Below, one piece after another: positions 12,793-25,645 of a stretch of DNA of 64,000 nt (position 1 is its first letter; each line of letters starts with the position of its first letter). Made by a program: the position numbers and the translations under genes. This DNA is from Octopus sinensis (lineage: Eukaryota): NCBI RefSeq assembly GCF_006345805.1, contig NC_043020.1:13640001-13704000 (forward strand), read 5' to 3'. The notes beneath the pieces are model-generated. The model saw nothing but the letters and a program-made list of their open reading frames with translations. It did no database searches and had not been told where the DNA came from.

Positions 12793-12809
12793 GTTATGAT
12801 GACAAGGAT

Positions 12810-13085
12810 TTCAGTTGATCTGACCAATGGAACAGCCTGCTCATGAAATTAACGTGCAAGTGGCTAAGCACTCCACAGACATGTGTACCCTTAATGTAGT
12901 TCACATGAAGATTCAGCATGACACAGAGTATGACAAGGCTGACCTCTTTTGAAATATGGGTAGAACTCATTTTTGCCAGCTGAGTGGACTGGAGCAATGT
13001 GAAATAAAGAATCTTGCTTAAGGAGACAGCACACAGCCAGGAATCGAACTCGCGACCTTACGATCCTGAGCCAAATACCCTACCC
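12810..13085 (-). mobile_element. Chimeric SINE: E-type head/CORE plus D-type tail
   Basis: Minus strand: GAGTTCGATTCC B-box, CTTTATTTCACATTGCTCCAGTCCACTCAGCTG, then D tail. Confidence 0.65.
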
Positions 13086-13498
13086 ACTCTCTTTTACTCT
13101 TTTTACTCTTCTACTTGTTTCAGTCATTTGACTGCGGCCATGCTGGAGCACCGCCTTTAGTCGAGCAAATCGACCCCGGGACTTATTCTTTCGTAAGCCC
13201 AGTACTTATTCTATCGGTCTCTTTTGCCAAACCGCTAAGTGACGGGGATGTAAACACACCAGCATCTGCTGTCAAGCAATGCTAGGGGGACAAACACAGA
13301 CACACAAACATATACACACGCACATACATATATATATATATACATATATATGACGAGCTTCTTTCAATTTCCGTCTACCAAATCCACTCACATGGCATTG
13401 GTCGGCCCAAGGCTATAGCAGAAGACACTTGCCCAAGATGCCACGCAGTGGAACTGAACCCGGAACCATGTAGTTGGTAAGCAAGCTACTTACCACAC
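13086..13498 (-). mobile_element. SINE family B
   Basis: Both halves present. Confidence 0.9.
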
Positions 13499-13970
13499 AC
13501 ACACATTTCTCTCATCTTTACATCAGTTCAGCTGCATCTCATTGCAAATGCTTCTCTGATATAAATTTCCCAATTCTTCTGCCCCACAGCTACGTTCCTC
13601 TGAAAATTCTCCAAAAACACCCCCACCCCTCCTCCTCCCCTACCGTGTTTTTCCCTACAGGTATCAACCTGTAAAGTTCAGGCTTAATATCACCTGTATC
13701 GATCTCACTTTTATCAATCTGATATTGATTGCGCCAAGGGCCGTGGTTCCTGTTATGGTTCCTGTCACTTCACCTCCAATAAATTAGTTTTCCTATTTCT
13801 ACCATTCTCAGGAAAAACCTGCTTGCTAGCACCGACAATTTGGTAAACCAATAAAATGTAGAATCTCAGAGAAAACGGATGATTTCATGTGTTAGCAGTT
13901 CTATACTGGTTCGATTTGGTCCTGTAACCCCCACCCCCACCCCAGAATACGCTTCGTTATTTTCATAATG

Positions 13971-14309
13971 AAGGCACGTGGCTCAGTGGTTAGAGCGTCG
14001 AGCTTACGATCGTGAGGTTGTGAGCTCGAATCCCAGACCGGGCTGCATGTTGGGTTCTTGAGCAAGACACTTTATTTCACGTTGCTCCAGTTCACTCAGC
14101 TGTAGAAATGAGTTGCAACATCACAGGTGCCAAGCTGTATCGGCCCCTTTGCCTTTCCCTTGGATAATATCGGTGGCATGGAGAGGGGAGGCCGGTATGC
14201 ATGGGCGACTGCTGGTCTTCCACAAAGCAACCTTGCCCAGACTTGTGCCTCAGAGGGTAACTCTAGGTGCAAACCCATGGTCAGTGTCTGACCGAAGGGG
14301 GTCACCACC
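13971..14309 (+). mobile_element. SINE family E (tRNA head + CORE-like domain) with 12-bp TSD
   Basis: GTGGCTCAGTGG A box, GAGCTCGAATCC B box, CTTGAGCAAGACACTT; TSD ATTTTCATAATG at 13959-70 and 14310-21. Confidence 0.9.
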
Positions 14310-14645
14310 ATTTTCATAATGCTCTGTTTTTAACTTTTGCTTTCTCTATAGCCTTCAAATAAAAGCTCCAGCTGGGCCTTAACTACATCGGTCTCACCAT
14401 GTTTGAATAGATGTCCAGTAAAATTCATAGACATTATCTCCCCATCCACTGCACATTAACGTATATGTATAAAAAACATTTAAAAAGAACTAAAAGCAAT
14501 ATTATTATTATTATTATTATCATCTCTATATATATAAAACTGAGAATGTGTATCTGTCTGTCTGTGTGTTTCCCTAAAACTTCAGAACCAATACTGCTTT
14601 GTGAATAGGTTTGAGAGATGGATACTAAAAGAAGCCCATTGTGTG

Positions 14646-14687
<42 letters not shown>

Positions 14688-14805
14688 ATATTATATCTAA
14701 TATTAATATATAATATATATATTAATATATATATATATATATATATATTAATATAATATATATATATATATATATAATATTAATATATATATATATTATA
14801 TAATA

Positions 14806-14846
<41 letters not shown>

Positions 14847-15165
14847 TATATATATATATATATATATAATATTAATATATATATATATATATATATAATA
14901 TTAATATATTATATTATATATAATATATATATAATATAATATTATATATATATATATAATATTATAATATATATATATATTATATATTAATATATATATA
15001 TATATATATGATATTAATATATAATATATATATATATGATATTAATATTATATATATATATATATATAATATATAATATATATATAATATATAGATATAT
15101 TATATTATATATATATATATAGATATTAATATTAATATATATATATATATAGATATATAATATTA

Positions 15166-15196
<31 letters not shown>

Positions 15197-16039
15197 TATA
15201 ATATATATAGATATATATATTAATATATAATATATAGATATATAATATTAATATAATATATATATATATATAATATTAATATATATATATATATATATTA
15301 ATATATATATATATATATATAATATTAATATATATATATATATCTATATATATTAATATTATATTATATATATATATATATATAATATTAATATATATAT
15401 ATTATAATATTAATATATATATATATAGATATATAATATTATATATTATATATATAGATATATATATTAATATATATATAATATATATATATAATATAAT
15501 ATTAATATTATATTATATATATAGATATATAATATTAATATATATATATATATAGATATATAATATTAATATATATATATTATATATATATATATAATAT
15601 TAATATATATATATATATATATAATATTAATATATATATATATATATATAGATATAATATTATATATATATATATATAGATATATATATTAATATATATA
15701 TATATATAATAGATATATATATTAATATATATATATATATAGATATATAATATAATATATATATATAGATATATAATATTATTATATATATAATATAATA
15801 GATATATAATATTAATATATATATATATATATAGATATATAATATTAATATATATATATATATAGATATATAATATATATATATATTAGATATAATATTA
15901 ATATATAATATATATATATATATAATATTAATATATATATATATATAATTAATATATATATATATATATATATAATATTATATATATATATATTATATAA
16001 TATAATATTAATATATATATATATATATAGATATAGATA

Positions 16040-16082
<43 letters not shown>

Positions 16083-16161
16083 TATATATATATATATAGA
16101 TATATGATATTAATATAGATATATAATATTAATATATTATATATATATAATATATATATAT
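14646..16161. repeat. 1.5-kb degenerate (TA)n array with recurring TATAATATTAA and AGAT variants
   Basis: Direct reading; almost no G or C. Confidence 0.95.
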
Positions 16162-16169
16162 CGCTGGTA

Positions 16170-16548
16170 ACGATCACCTTACTGCCACAGCAACAAGTGC
16201 CAGTAAGGTGATCGTTACCAGCGTCACCTTACTGGCACGTGAAAAAGCATTCGAGCGAGGTCATTGCCAGTGCCGCTGGACTGGCTCCTGTGCAGGTGGC
16301 ATATAAGAAACACCATTTGAGCATTGCCATTGCCAGTACCGCCTGACTGGCCCTCGTGCTGGTGGCACATAAAAGCACCCACTACATTCTCGGAGTGGCT
16401 GGCATTAGGAAGGGCGTCCAGCTGCAGAAACTCTGCCAGATCAGATTGGAGCCTGGTTCAGCCATCTGATTCGCCAGTCCTCAGTCAAATTGTCCAACCC
16501 ATGCTAGCATGGAAAGCTGACGTTAAACGACGATGATGACGATGACAA
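16170..16548 (+). mobile_element. RTE 3' UTR fragment (family C)
   Basis: AAAAGCACCCACTACA..AGGAAGGGCGTCCAGCTG..GTTAAACGACGATGATG. Confidence 0.8.
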
Positions 16549-16835
16549 TGATGATGATTGTGTGTGTGTTGCTGTCTTCTTGCTTTGAAATTGTGATTGT
16601 TGTAAACGAGTATTACTGTCATGCTAGCTGTATCCTTCATTTCCAGTCTTCCACAAAAATATGTCTGGCAATGGAGAAGTATTTCTTGTGAACAGGTGAG
16701 GGTTGGTGACAGGAAGGACATGCAGCCATAGAAAATTCACCTCGACAAATTCCATTTCGCCAAGCGAGCATGGAATAGTGGATGTTTGATGAAGGTGGTG
16801 GTGGCGGCAGTGGTGGCAGCACTGCTGCTGCGTTT

Positions 16836-17323
16836 GTTAAGCAACAAGACAGGTAAGGGTGATCAGGTGATGGTCTAGGGCTTAGGGGCGGGAGACCCCA
16901 GAACTTGGAAAAAAAAACCAACTTTAGTCGTCTTGTTGTAGTCGAGGGCTCTTTGTTGACACCCAACACCACTGGGAGGTGGCCCTTGAAGTCACTGGAA
17001 ATGGAGATCTCCAGGTCCAAATTCTTAAACAGCTGCTGCTGCTGTACGCATTGTTGTTACTGTTGTTATTGTTGCTGTTATTGTTGTTGTTGCTGCTGCT
17101 GCTGTTGTTGTTGTTAAGCAACAAGACGGGTAAGGGTGATTAGGTGATGGTCTAGGGCTTAAGGGCGGGAGACCCCAGACCTTGGAAAAAAAAACAACTT
17201 TAGTCGTCTTGTTGTAGTTGAGGACTCCTCGTTGACACCCGACACCACTGGGAGGTGGCCCTTGAAGTCGCTGGAAATGGAGATCTCCGGGTCCAAATTC
17301 TTGAACGGCTGCTGCTGCTGCTG
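16836..17323. repeat. ~277-bp-period diverged tandem duplication, unknown element
   Basis: GTTAAGCAACAAGAC..GGTCCAAATTCTT..(GCT)n at ~16836 and ~17113. Confidence 0.8.
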
Positions 17324-17777
17324 TCGCTCTTAGAATGAAGATGGAGGATCACATCCTCTGGAATAAAATCAAACAAGTGGACAACAACAGTTGCGCGTCA
17401 GGCACAAGAGTTAAATAGTTCAACGCATGCTGTACCAATTCTTGAAGAATTAGTCAGTACTAGCCTCTAAACATTTTTTAAACTCTCCTTGGAAACTACT
17501 TTGTTGAAAATATCAAAGATAGCTTTAATTTAATTTTTTTTTTTTTTTGCCAAAAATGTTCTCTCCATTTGATGTCTGTCTTCAAAGACCAATAACTTTT
17601 TTTACTTAGATTTACTTATCTTTCAAATTTTTTTACAAAATTTTTTTTATTTTCTATTTCGAGATCAAAAGTTTTTAAGTTATCAATTTTTTCTTTTGTC
17701 ATCTCAATGGCTGTTAAAGTTGTTTACGATCATCTTTGTACTGTTAACGTTGTACACATAATATGTACTAGTACTAA

Positions 17778-18180
17778 GGCGGCGAGCTGGCAGAAATGTT
17801 AGCACGCCGGATGAAATGCTTAGCGGTATTTCGCCTGTCGTTACGTTCTGAGTTCAAATTCCGCCGAGGTTGACTTTGCCTTTCATCCTTTCGGGGTCGA
17901 TTAATTAAGTACCAGTTACGCACTGGGGTCGATGTAATCGACTTAATACCTATGTCTGTCCTTGTTTGTCCCCTCTATGTTTAGCCCCTTGTGGGTAATA
18001 AAGAAATAGGTATTTCGTCTGCCGCTCCGTTCTGAGTTCAAATTCCACCGAGGTTGATTTTGCCCTTCGTCCTTTCGGGGTCGATTAAATAAGTACCAGT
18101 TACGTACTAGGGTCGAATATAATCGACTTAATCCATTTGTCTGCCCTTGTTTGTCCTCTCTTGTTTGAGCTCCATGTGGT
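17778..18180 (+). mobile_element. SINE A followed directly by a second, headless A starting at GGTATTTCG
   Basis: Full A 17778-18008; partial A 18009-18180. Confidence 0.85.
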
Positions 18181-18337
18181 TCTGACAGAAAATAATGGCA
18201 AACTTCTGCTGACTCTTTCACCACAACTTTCTCTCGCTCTTTCCTCCTGCATCTAGCAGCTCACCTGTGAAGGACCGGTGTCCTGTCCAGGTGGGGAATC
18301 TATATACTAATGAAACTGAGAAACTGGCCCTTATGGA

Positions 18338-18640
18338 CTAAAGGGGGTTCTTTACCCCTTTTACTTCAATGATATGAAGAGGGGAGACTGGTATGCATGG
18401 GCGACTGCTGGTCTTCCACAAACAACCTTTTCCGGGTTCGTGCCTCCAAGAACTTTCTAGGTGCGATCCCATATTGATTTCTGGCTAAAGGGGGTTCTTT
18501 ACCCCTTTTACTTCAGTGATATGAAGAGGGGGAGACTGGTATGCATGGGTGACTGCTGGTCTTCCACAAACAACCTTTTCCGGGCTCGCGCCTCCAAGAA
18601 CTTTCTAGGTTCGATCCAATGGTCATTCATGACCAATAAA
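18338..18640 (+). repeat. 147-bp tandem duplication of a SINE E 3' segment
   Basis: CTAAAGGGGGTTC unit starts at 18338 and 18485; GGTATGCATGGGCGACTGCTGGTCTTCC is shared with E. Confidence 0.75.
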
Positions 18641-18764
18641 AAGAGGTCATATCCAGCCAAGATATTCTACTTGTTTTATGTTCAAACCAGCCAGATCTAG
18701 ACTCTCACACCAATCCTAGATATGCAATCACATCATTGAAATCTCAAAGCTACTAGATGATACA

Positions 18765-19266
18765 TCTATATATATAAAACTGTAGTTGAGTGAGTGTCTG
18801 TCCCCTTCGATTTAGATTCCTAACTACTCCCACATTTTGCGGTGCAGTTTAACCAAAACCGGGTATCTTATAGTCATGATTCATATCAAGCCCGTCTGAG
18901 TATTAGCGCGCGTCTACGATTTTAAAAATAATTTAACATCATTTTTTATTCCATTTTAATGCATAATTTTTCGTGTGTCAATGGTGGCGGAGTTGGCGTC
19001 CATGGTCACACCTGCACCTGTTTGCTTCTCCCCCTTCTTCCCTCCCTCGTGAAGCTGTGGGGAAGGGAGTGTAAGGAAAACAACGTCGTAAAGTGTTGTC
19101 AAGGAGACCAGCGTTCTTTTAGAACAACGACTTCATGGCTTGAAGACACCAAAACAGAAATGGCTAAGAAAGCCCGAATTGGCATCTATAAGGGAAGTAA
19201 CTCTCTAAAAATGCTTATATAGTTATTTCCCTTACAAACCCGAGCAACGCCGGGCGATACTGCTAG
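18765..19266 (+). mobile_element. Non-autonomous Helitron
   Basis: 5' A|TC; 3' hairpin CCCGAGCAACGCCGGG and CTAG|T; inserted in an AT dinucleotide with no TSD. Confidence 0.85.
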
Positions 19267-19281
19267 TAATTAATTAAAAAC

Positions 19282-19679
19282 GAGGAGACCTGTTGAGTCA
19301 AGTTCGTCAACATCAAAAATTCGAATGGAAATTGTAGTTAAGACACCAGTGCTGGTGACGTGTAAAAGCACCGTTCGAGCGTGGCAGTTACTAGCGTCGC
19401 CTGACTGGCGTCCATGTTGGTGACACGTAAAAGCACCAACCGATCGTGGCCGTTTGCCAGCCTGCTCTGGTCCCTGTGCCGGTGGTACGTAAAAAGCACC
19501 CACTACACTCACGGAGTGGTTGGCGTTAGGAAGGGCATCCAGCTGTAGAAAGACTGCCAAATCAGACTGGAGCCTGGTGCAGCCTCCATGGCTTGCCAGA
19601 CCCCAGTCGAACCGTCCAACCCATGCTAGCATGGAAAACGGACGTTAAACGATGATGATGATGATGATGATGATGATGA
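19282..19679 (+). mobile_element. RTE 3' UTR fragment (family C) with (GAT)n tail
   Basis: Colinear with the UTR of the 410-1042 copy. Confidence 0.85.
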
Positions 19680-19843
19680 AAGTGAATAAATAAGTACTAC
19701 ATTTGACAGAGTGATCTGAATGCTCAAGGATTAATCATCATAATTAATCAGGGATATAAACGACAGCAGTTCTGTTAGTAAGACCCTGTGTAAGGGATCT
19801 AGTTGTCACTTTAATGGATATGTTTGCCACTTGACTTTATGGT

Positions 19844-20258
19844 CTCTTTACTCTACTCTTTTACTTGTTATAGTCATTTGACTGCGGCCATGCTGGAGCA
19901 CCGCCTTTAATCGAGCAACTCGACCCTGGGACTTATTCTTTGTAAGCCCAGTACTTATTCTATCAGTCTCTTTTGCTGAACCGCTAAGTAACGGGGACAT
20001 AAACACACCAGCATCGGTTGTCAAGCAATGCTAGGGAGACAAACACAGACACACAAACACACACACGCATATATATATATATATATACATATATACGACG
20101 GGCTTCTTTCAGTTTCCGTCTACCAAATCCACTCACAAGGCTTTAGTCGACTCGAGGCTATAGTAGAAGACACTTGCCCAAGGTGCCACGCAGTGGGACT
20201 GAACCCTGAACCATGTGGTTGGTAAACAAGCTACTTACCACACAGCCACTCCTGCGCC
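19844..20258 (-). mobile_element. SINE family B
   Basis: Full length to GGCGCAGGAGTGGC head. Confidence 0.9.
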
Positions 20259-20590
20259 TATCTATCTATCCACTCAGTTGAAGTCGACTCTCGGTCACTC
20301 GTTGGATCAGTGTCCTCCAGTCAGTTCTATCCTGGGCTGCTTCGTTCAGATTGGCTATGTCCATTCCAGTATCACTCTTGATGGTGTCAAGCCAGTGGGT
20401 TCGTGGTCGGCCTCTTCCTCTCTTGCCACTGACCATTCCGAGCAGGATGTCCTTCTCCAGGGATTTTCTCCGCGTAATATGACCGAAATATGTCAATCTA
20501 TGCTTGGTGATCCTAGCTTCTAGCAACATTTTCGGCCTGATCTGCTTAAGAACTTCTCCATTGGTGAGCCTCACTGTCCATGGAATCCGT
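20259..20590 (-). mobile_element. RTE (BovB-like) LINE 3' end, (TAGA)n tail
   Basis: ..RLTYFGHITRRKSLEKDILLGMVSGKRGRGRPRTHWLD..QDRTDWR.. Confidence 0.85.
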
Positions 20591-20822
20591 AAAAGTCACT
20601 ATATGCTAGAGACACAGAAATAGATCAGTTGGTCTTATCGTTTGTCATCATAAGATAATAAATATTATCTTCTTAACAACTGGTGACAAGGAAAATTAAT
20701 TAAACACACAGTAAATAATAAAGAACTAACAAGGCATTACAGTTGTCGATCCTGAAAATAGTAGAGGAGAGAGAAAATGAAACAAAGCTTCAACTTTGAA
20801 AATTTCGCTTTCTTTTCTTTTT

Positions 20823-21215
20823 CTTTAACTTGTTTCAGTCATTTGACTACAGCCATGCTGGAGCACCACCTTTAGTCGAGCAAATCGACCCCTGGAGTTA
20901 TTCTTTGTAAGCCCAGTACATATTCTATCGCTCTCTTTTTGCTGAACCGCTATGATACAGGGACGTAAACACACCAGCATCGGTTGTCAAGCAATGCTAG
21001 GGGGACAAACACAGACACACAAACACACACACATACATATATATACATATATACGACAGGCTTCTTTCAGTTTCCGTCTACCAAATCCACTCACAAGGCT
21101 TTGGTCGGCCCGGGGCTATAGCAGAAGACACTTGCCCAAGATGCCACGCAGTGGGACTGAACCCGGAACCATGTGGTTGGTTAGCAAGCTACTTACCACA
21201 CAGCCACTCCTGCGC
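20823..21215 (-). mobile_element. SINE family B
   Basis: Both halves present. Confidence 0.9.
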
Positions 21216-21329
21216 TTTGTTTATTTTTTGTTTTAATTTTCTGAATAAATAAATATTTTCTAATTAGAAATGTTTTATTTGCAATCTATCAATTCTTGTT
21301 TGCAAAACTAACGAAGGTGCTATTTTATA

Positions 21330-21700
21330 TCTCTCTCTATATAAACGGCAGTTTGTCTGTGCGTTTTCTGTGTGTCTGTTTTCTCGTACCCTCACTCTGA
21401 CCACGGCTTTCAACCGATTCTGATGAAACTTGACACACACATAGCCCAATGTCATAATTCAAAACTAACGCAGTGAAAATTTTGAAAAGTTCCCCCAGTT
21501 CTGAAAAAAATCGATAAATTCGACATGGGGTCGAGAATCAGAAACCCAAACCACAGACCGTCTCCACCTTTTTTAACTCTCAAAAAAAATTTACCATCAT
21601 TTTTTTTCCATTTTTTTGCTATTTTTTGGCTATAACTCTCTAAAAATGCTTTATAGTTATTTCCCTTACAAACCTGAGCAACGCCGGGCGATACTGCTAG
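21330..21700 (+). mobile_element. Non-autonomous Helitron, second subfamily
   Basis: A|TC start; same 3' hairpin and CTAG|T as 18765-19266 but a different 5' two-thirds. Confidence 0.8.
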
Positions 21701-22091
21701 TTGATAAATATTTGTGGAAAGATGTCAGTTGATTAGTGATTAAGTGTGAGATGTGTGTGTGTGTTTGTATGAACCCTCACAAATGTGAGAAATTTCTTCG
21801 TTGAAATGATATGCGAATCTTTCTGGACGAATCCAATTTGAAAGATACACAAATGGAAAAGAGAGGAGAGTGGAAAGGAGTGAGAAATAAAATAGTCATA
21901 CTGTGTCCTGACTACTAAGAGAGACTGTGGCACAGGCATAGCTGTGTTGTAAGAAGCTTGTTTCCCAACCACATGGTTCTTGGTTCAGTCCCACTGTGTG
22001 GCACCTTGGGCAAGTGTCTTTTACTATACCCTCAGGCCAATCAAAGCCTTGTGAGTGGATGGAAACTTTAAAAAGCCTATCATATATATAC

Positions 22092-22153
<62 letters not shown>

Positions 22154-22539
22154 ACGGGAAGCTTTATGAAAATAGAAAAAGACGAAGGCAGGTTTACGGA
22201 AATAAACAAAGACGAAGGCAGGTGGAATACAAACAGAGAGAGAGAGACAGATATAGAGATAGAGAGATAGATAGACAGACAGACAGATAGGTAGATAGAT
22301 ACACAGATAGATAGACAGACAGACAGACAGATAGATAGACAGATACACAGATAGATAGACAGACAGATAGACAGACAGACAGACAGATATCCTTGTATCT
22401 CTTCTACAGATATCCTTCTATTATTATCATTTGATCTCTCATCAACTGGCAAAGCTGCCTTCCTCGTTATTACTCTATTCGACCACCACTAAATCGAGAG
22501 GACTTTGTCTTGCAAGTTTCTTGGCGACCCTGCCAATGC

Positions 22540-22740
22540 TGTTATCATGAAAAGAGCACCCATTACACTCTGTAAAGGGGTTGACATTAGAAAGGGCATC
22601 CAGCCATAGAAACTATGCCAAAACAGATGATAGAACATGGCATAGCCCTCTGGTTTGCCATTTCTTATCTGACTGTCCAACCCATGCCAGCATGGAAAAT
22701 GGACATTAAAATGATCATAATGATGATGACGATGATTACA
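22540..22740 (+). mobile_element. Diverged RTE 3' UTR fragment (family C)
   Basis: AGAAAGGGCATCCAGCC..CCAACCCATGCCAGCATGGAAAATGGACATTAAAATGAT. Confidence 0.65.
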
Positions 22741-22802
22741 CACACACACACACAAACACGCCCATTTTATTACCTTATTCTTTGTATTTACTTCTTTATA
22801 TT

Positions 22803-23011
22803 GGCCAGTGGCAAGAGAGGAAGAGGCCGACCAAGAACCCGCTGGCTTGACACCATCAAAAGTGATACCGGAATGGACATAGCCAATCTGAAAGAAGTGG
22901 CCCAGGATAGAACTGACTGGAGGACACTGATCCAATGAGTGACCGAGAGTCGACTTCGACTGAGCGGATAGAGAGAGATATACATACATATATATTTACA
23001 TATATACATAC

Positions 23012-23076
<65 letters not shown>

Positions 23077-23373
23077 CAAATAAGGCTGAAAATGTCACTA
23101 GAAGCTAGGATCACCAAGCATAGATTGACATATTTCGGTCATATTATGCGGAGAAAATCCCTGGAGAAGGACATCATGCTTGGAATGGTCAGTGGCAAGA
23201 GAGGAAGAGTCCAACCAAGAACCCGCTGGCTTGACACCATCAGGAGTGATACCAGAATGGACATAGCCAATCTGAAAGAAGCGGCCCAGGATAGAACTGA
23301 CTGGAGGACACTGATCCAATGAGTAACCGAGAGTCGACTTCGACTGAGCGGATAGATAGATAGATAGATAGAT
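22803..23373 (+). mobile_element. Two tandem 3' fragments of the BovB-like RTE separated by (TA)n
   Basis: 22803-22980 and 23083-23373 encode ..GKRGRGRPRTRWLDTIKSD..QDRTDWRTLIQ; (TAGA)n tail. Confidence 0.85.
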
Positions 23374-24265
23374 ATTGGTAAAACTCTTAGAATAATCCAG
23401 AAATACGTGGGGTGGGGTTCTGTCTGTTGGGTTAAATTTTGGGATCTTTGTTATAATTCAACATCATCATCATCATGATTTAACAACTGGCTGCCTTTCT
23501 GTTCGCAAGTACAGCATCTCTTGTTAATTTTTTTTTGCATACAAATCTTTGCATTGGTTTGTTGCTGCTGCTGACTGTCACTCCCCACCACGACCACCAC
23601 CACCACACCGTTGTTAATGTCTTTATTCCAACTATTGTCACTTTCTCCCATTTCTCAAAGAACCAGGTTATGAAATCACACAAACTCCACATTCTGACCC
23701 CTTCCCCCCTCCCATCTCACCCCCCCCACCTTTTTGCCATCCTTCAGTCTCCTATACAACAACAACACTAAATCAAACAAACAAACAAACAATCAAGCAA
23801 GCAGGGGGTGGGGGTAACGGCTTATCAGTTCTTGGCAGGGGAATTAAGTACCAGAAGTGGTCTGAAATGGTTTTATCATAGCCTAGAGACATCTTCCTAG
23901 ATTCCGAGACTTACAAGAGAAAAAAAAAAAAAAACAACAAAAAAAACATCATCAACCTCCATATCTTCATTACGCACATCAATTCCTATATTAAATATTT
24001 ATTCAACAACTTCCACCTGTCAGACTCGCTTCTCAGACTCTTGTGGAAGCCACCCCCCCCCCAACTAAATCTCATAATTACGGAAATTTAAGACAACACA
24101 GTCTTTCCTCTTCATTTTTCGCTATCTTTGTCCATTCTCTAGAGATAGAACAATATCAATTTTCATTCCATTTCTTTCTCTCGTTAGCGCCATCTCGTTT
24201 AGTTTACAGTCATTCAAACAATAGAGAAATAAGAAACTCTTATGTCAAGCGGGGGTTCCAAGGCG

Positions 24266-24833
24266 AACCACATGTTTCCGGGTTCAGTCCCACTGCGGGG
24301 CACCTTGGGCAAGTGTCTTCTACTATAGCCCCGGGCCGACCAAAGCCTTATGAGTGGATTTGGTAGAAGGAAACTGAAAGAAGCCTGTAGTATATATGTA
24401 TATGTGTGTGTGTATGTGTGTCTGTGTTTGTCCCTCCCAACATCGCTTGACAACCGATGCTGGTGTGTTTACATCCCCGTAACTTAGCGGTTCGGCAAAA
24501 GAGACCGATAGGATAGTAAAAGAGGATGAGGAATGGGGAGAAAGTGAGGGAGTGTATGTGTGTGTGTGTGCCTTTGTATCTGAAAGAAGTGTCAATGGAA
24601 AAGAGAAGGAAAGAAAGAAAGAAGAAAAATATGTGTGTTGTCCCCCCCCCCCAACATCGCTTAACAACCAATGCTGGTGTGTTTACATCCCTGTAACTTA
24701 ACGATTCAGGAAAAGACACTGATAGAATAAGTACTAGGCTTACAAAGAATAAGTCCTGGGGTCGATTTGCTTGACTAAACGCAGTGCTCCAGCATGGCCG
24801 CAATCAAATGAATGAAACAAGTAAAAGAGTAAA
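24266..24833 (+). mobile_element. Headless SINE B with internal ~90-bp duplication around a ~125-bp insert
   Basis: Insert 24510-24640 is the reverse complement of 8185-8310. Confidence 0.8.
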
Positions 24834-25174
24834 TATAGCAGCAATTATCATGGCATCAAATAGAATACCTTTTGGTAGTCATTCTAGATCTTCATGCCCT
24901 GAGGTGAAATTCTGATCAGCTTAACTTTTGCTTTTGTCATTTTAAGGCCAAGTAATAAAGTACCAGTTTTATACTCGGGTCATTTCTCTCTCTAAGAGAA
25001 AAGTACTCAAGTTATAGAATTCAAACACACACACACACACAAGGAGGGACTGAAAAGTTCCTGGTTTTGTGTAAAGGAAAATACAGGAGGATCAGTTAAT
25101 TATGATCTTATTCAATATATTCCCCTCTCAGATTCACACTCTTGTTGAAGTACTCCTTCAGTTTTTCTAAGCCC

Positions 25175-25401
25175 TTAACCTTTTCGTTATTGTATTTATT
25201 TTGGGATGCTCTGTGTTTCTTCCAATTATTTTAAATATAACGAATAATTTAGTAAAATAACATGGCTATCATTGAGCTAGTGTTAAGAACATAAATTGTG
25301 ACTAAGATTTGGTGGAAGATTTTAATTCAAAACTTATGAAAACAAGACATTTGTACTCATAGCTAGAGCTGGTTTCAGCTGGGTTTTAACGAAAGGGTTA
25401 A
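25175..25401. mobile_element. piggyBac-type MITE (family P2)
   Basis: TTAA-CCTTTTCGTTA ... TAACGAAAGGG-TTAA. Confidence 0.8.
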
Positions 25402-25415
25402 TTTAATCACACAGC

Positions 25416-25645
25416 TTAACTCTTTCGTTACTGTATTTATTTTTAGATGCTCTGTGTTTCTTTCAATTAATTTTAAATATAACAAAGAATTTAGTAAAAT
25501 AACTAAGTTATCATTGAGCTAGTGTTAGGAACATAAATTGTGACTAAGATTTGGTGGAAGATTTTAATTCAAAACTTATGAAAACAAGACATTTATACTA
25601 AAGAGCCAGAGCCGGTTTCAGCCGGGCTGGTAACAAAAGGGTTAA
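25416..25645. mobile_element. piggyBac-type MITE (family P2), tandem copy
   Basis: TTAA-CTCTTTCGTTAC ... GTAACAAAAGGG-TTAA. Confidence 0.8.

Larger units (their letters stand above)
18649..19734. mobile_element. P1 MITE remnant split by a Helitron and an RTE fragment
   Basis: P1 internal sequence at 18649-18764, 19267-19281 and 19680-19734 joins into the consensus seen at 5831-6059. Confidence 0.7.

Noticed and set aside
13971-14045. tRNA gene (also heads at 33386-33444, 50500-50558, 60860-60928)
   Set aside because: A/B boxes are present but there is no acceptor stem, and they run into repeated SINE bodies with TSDs
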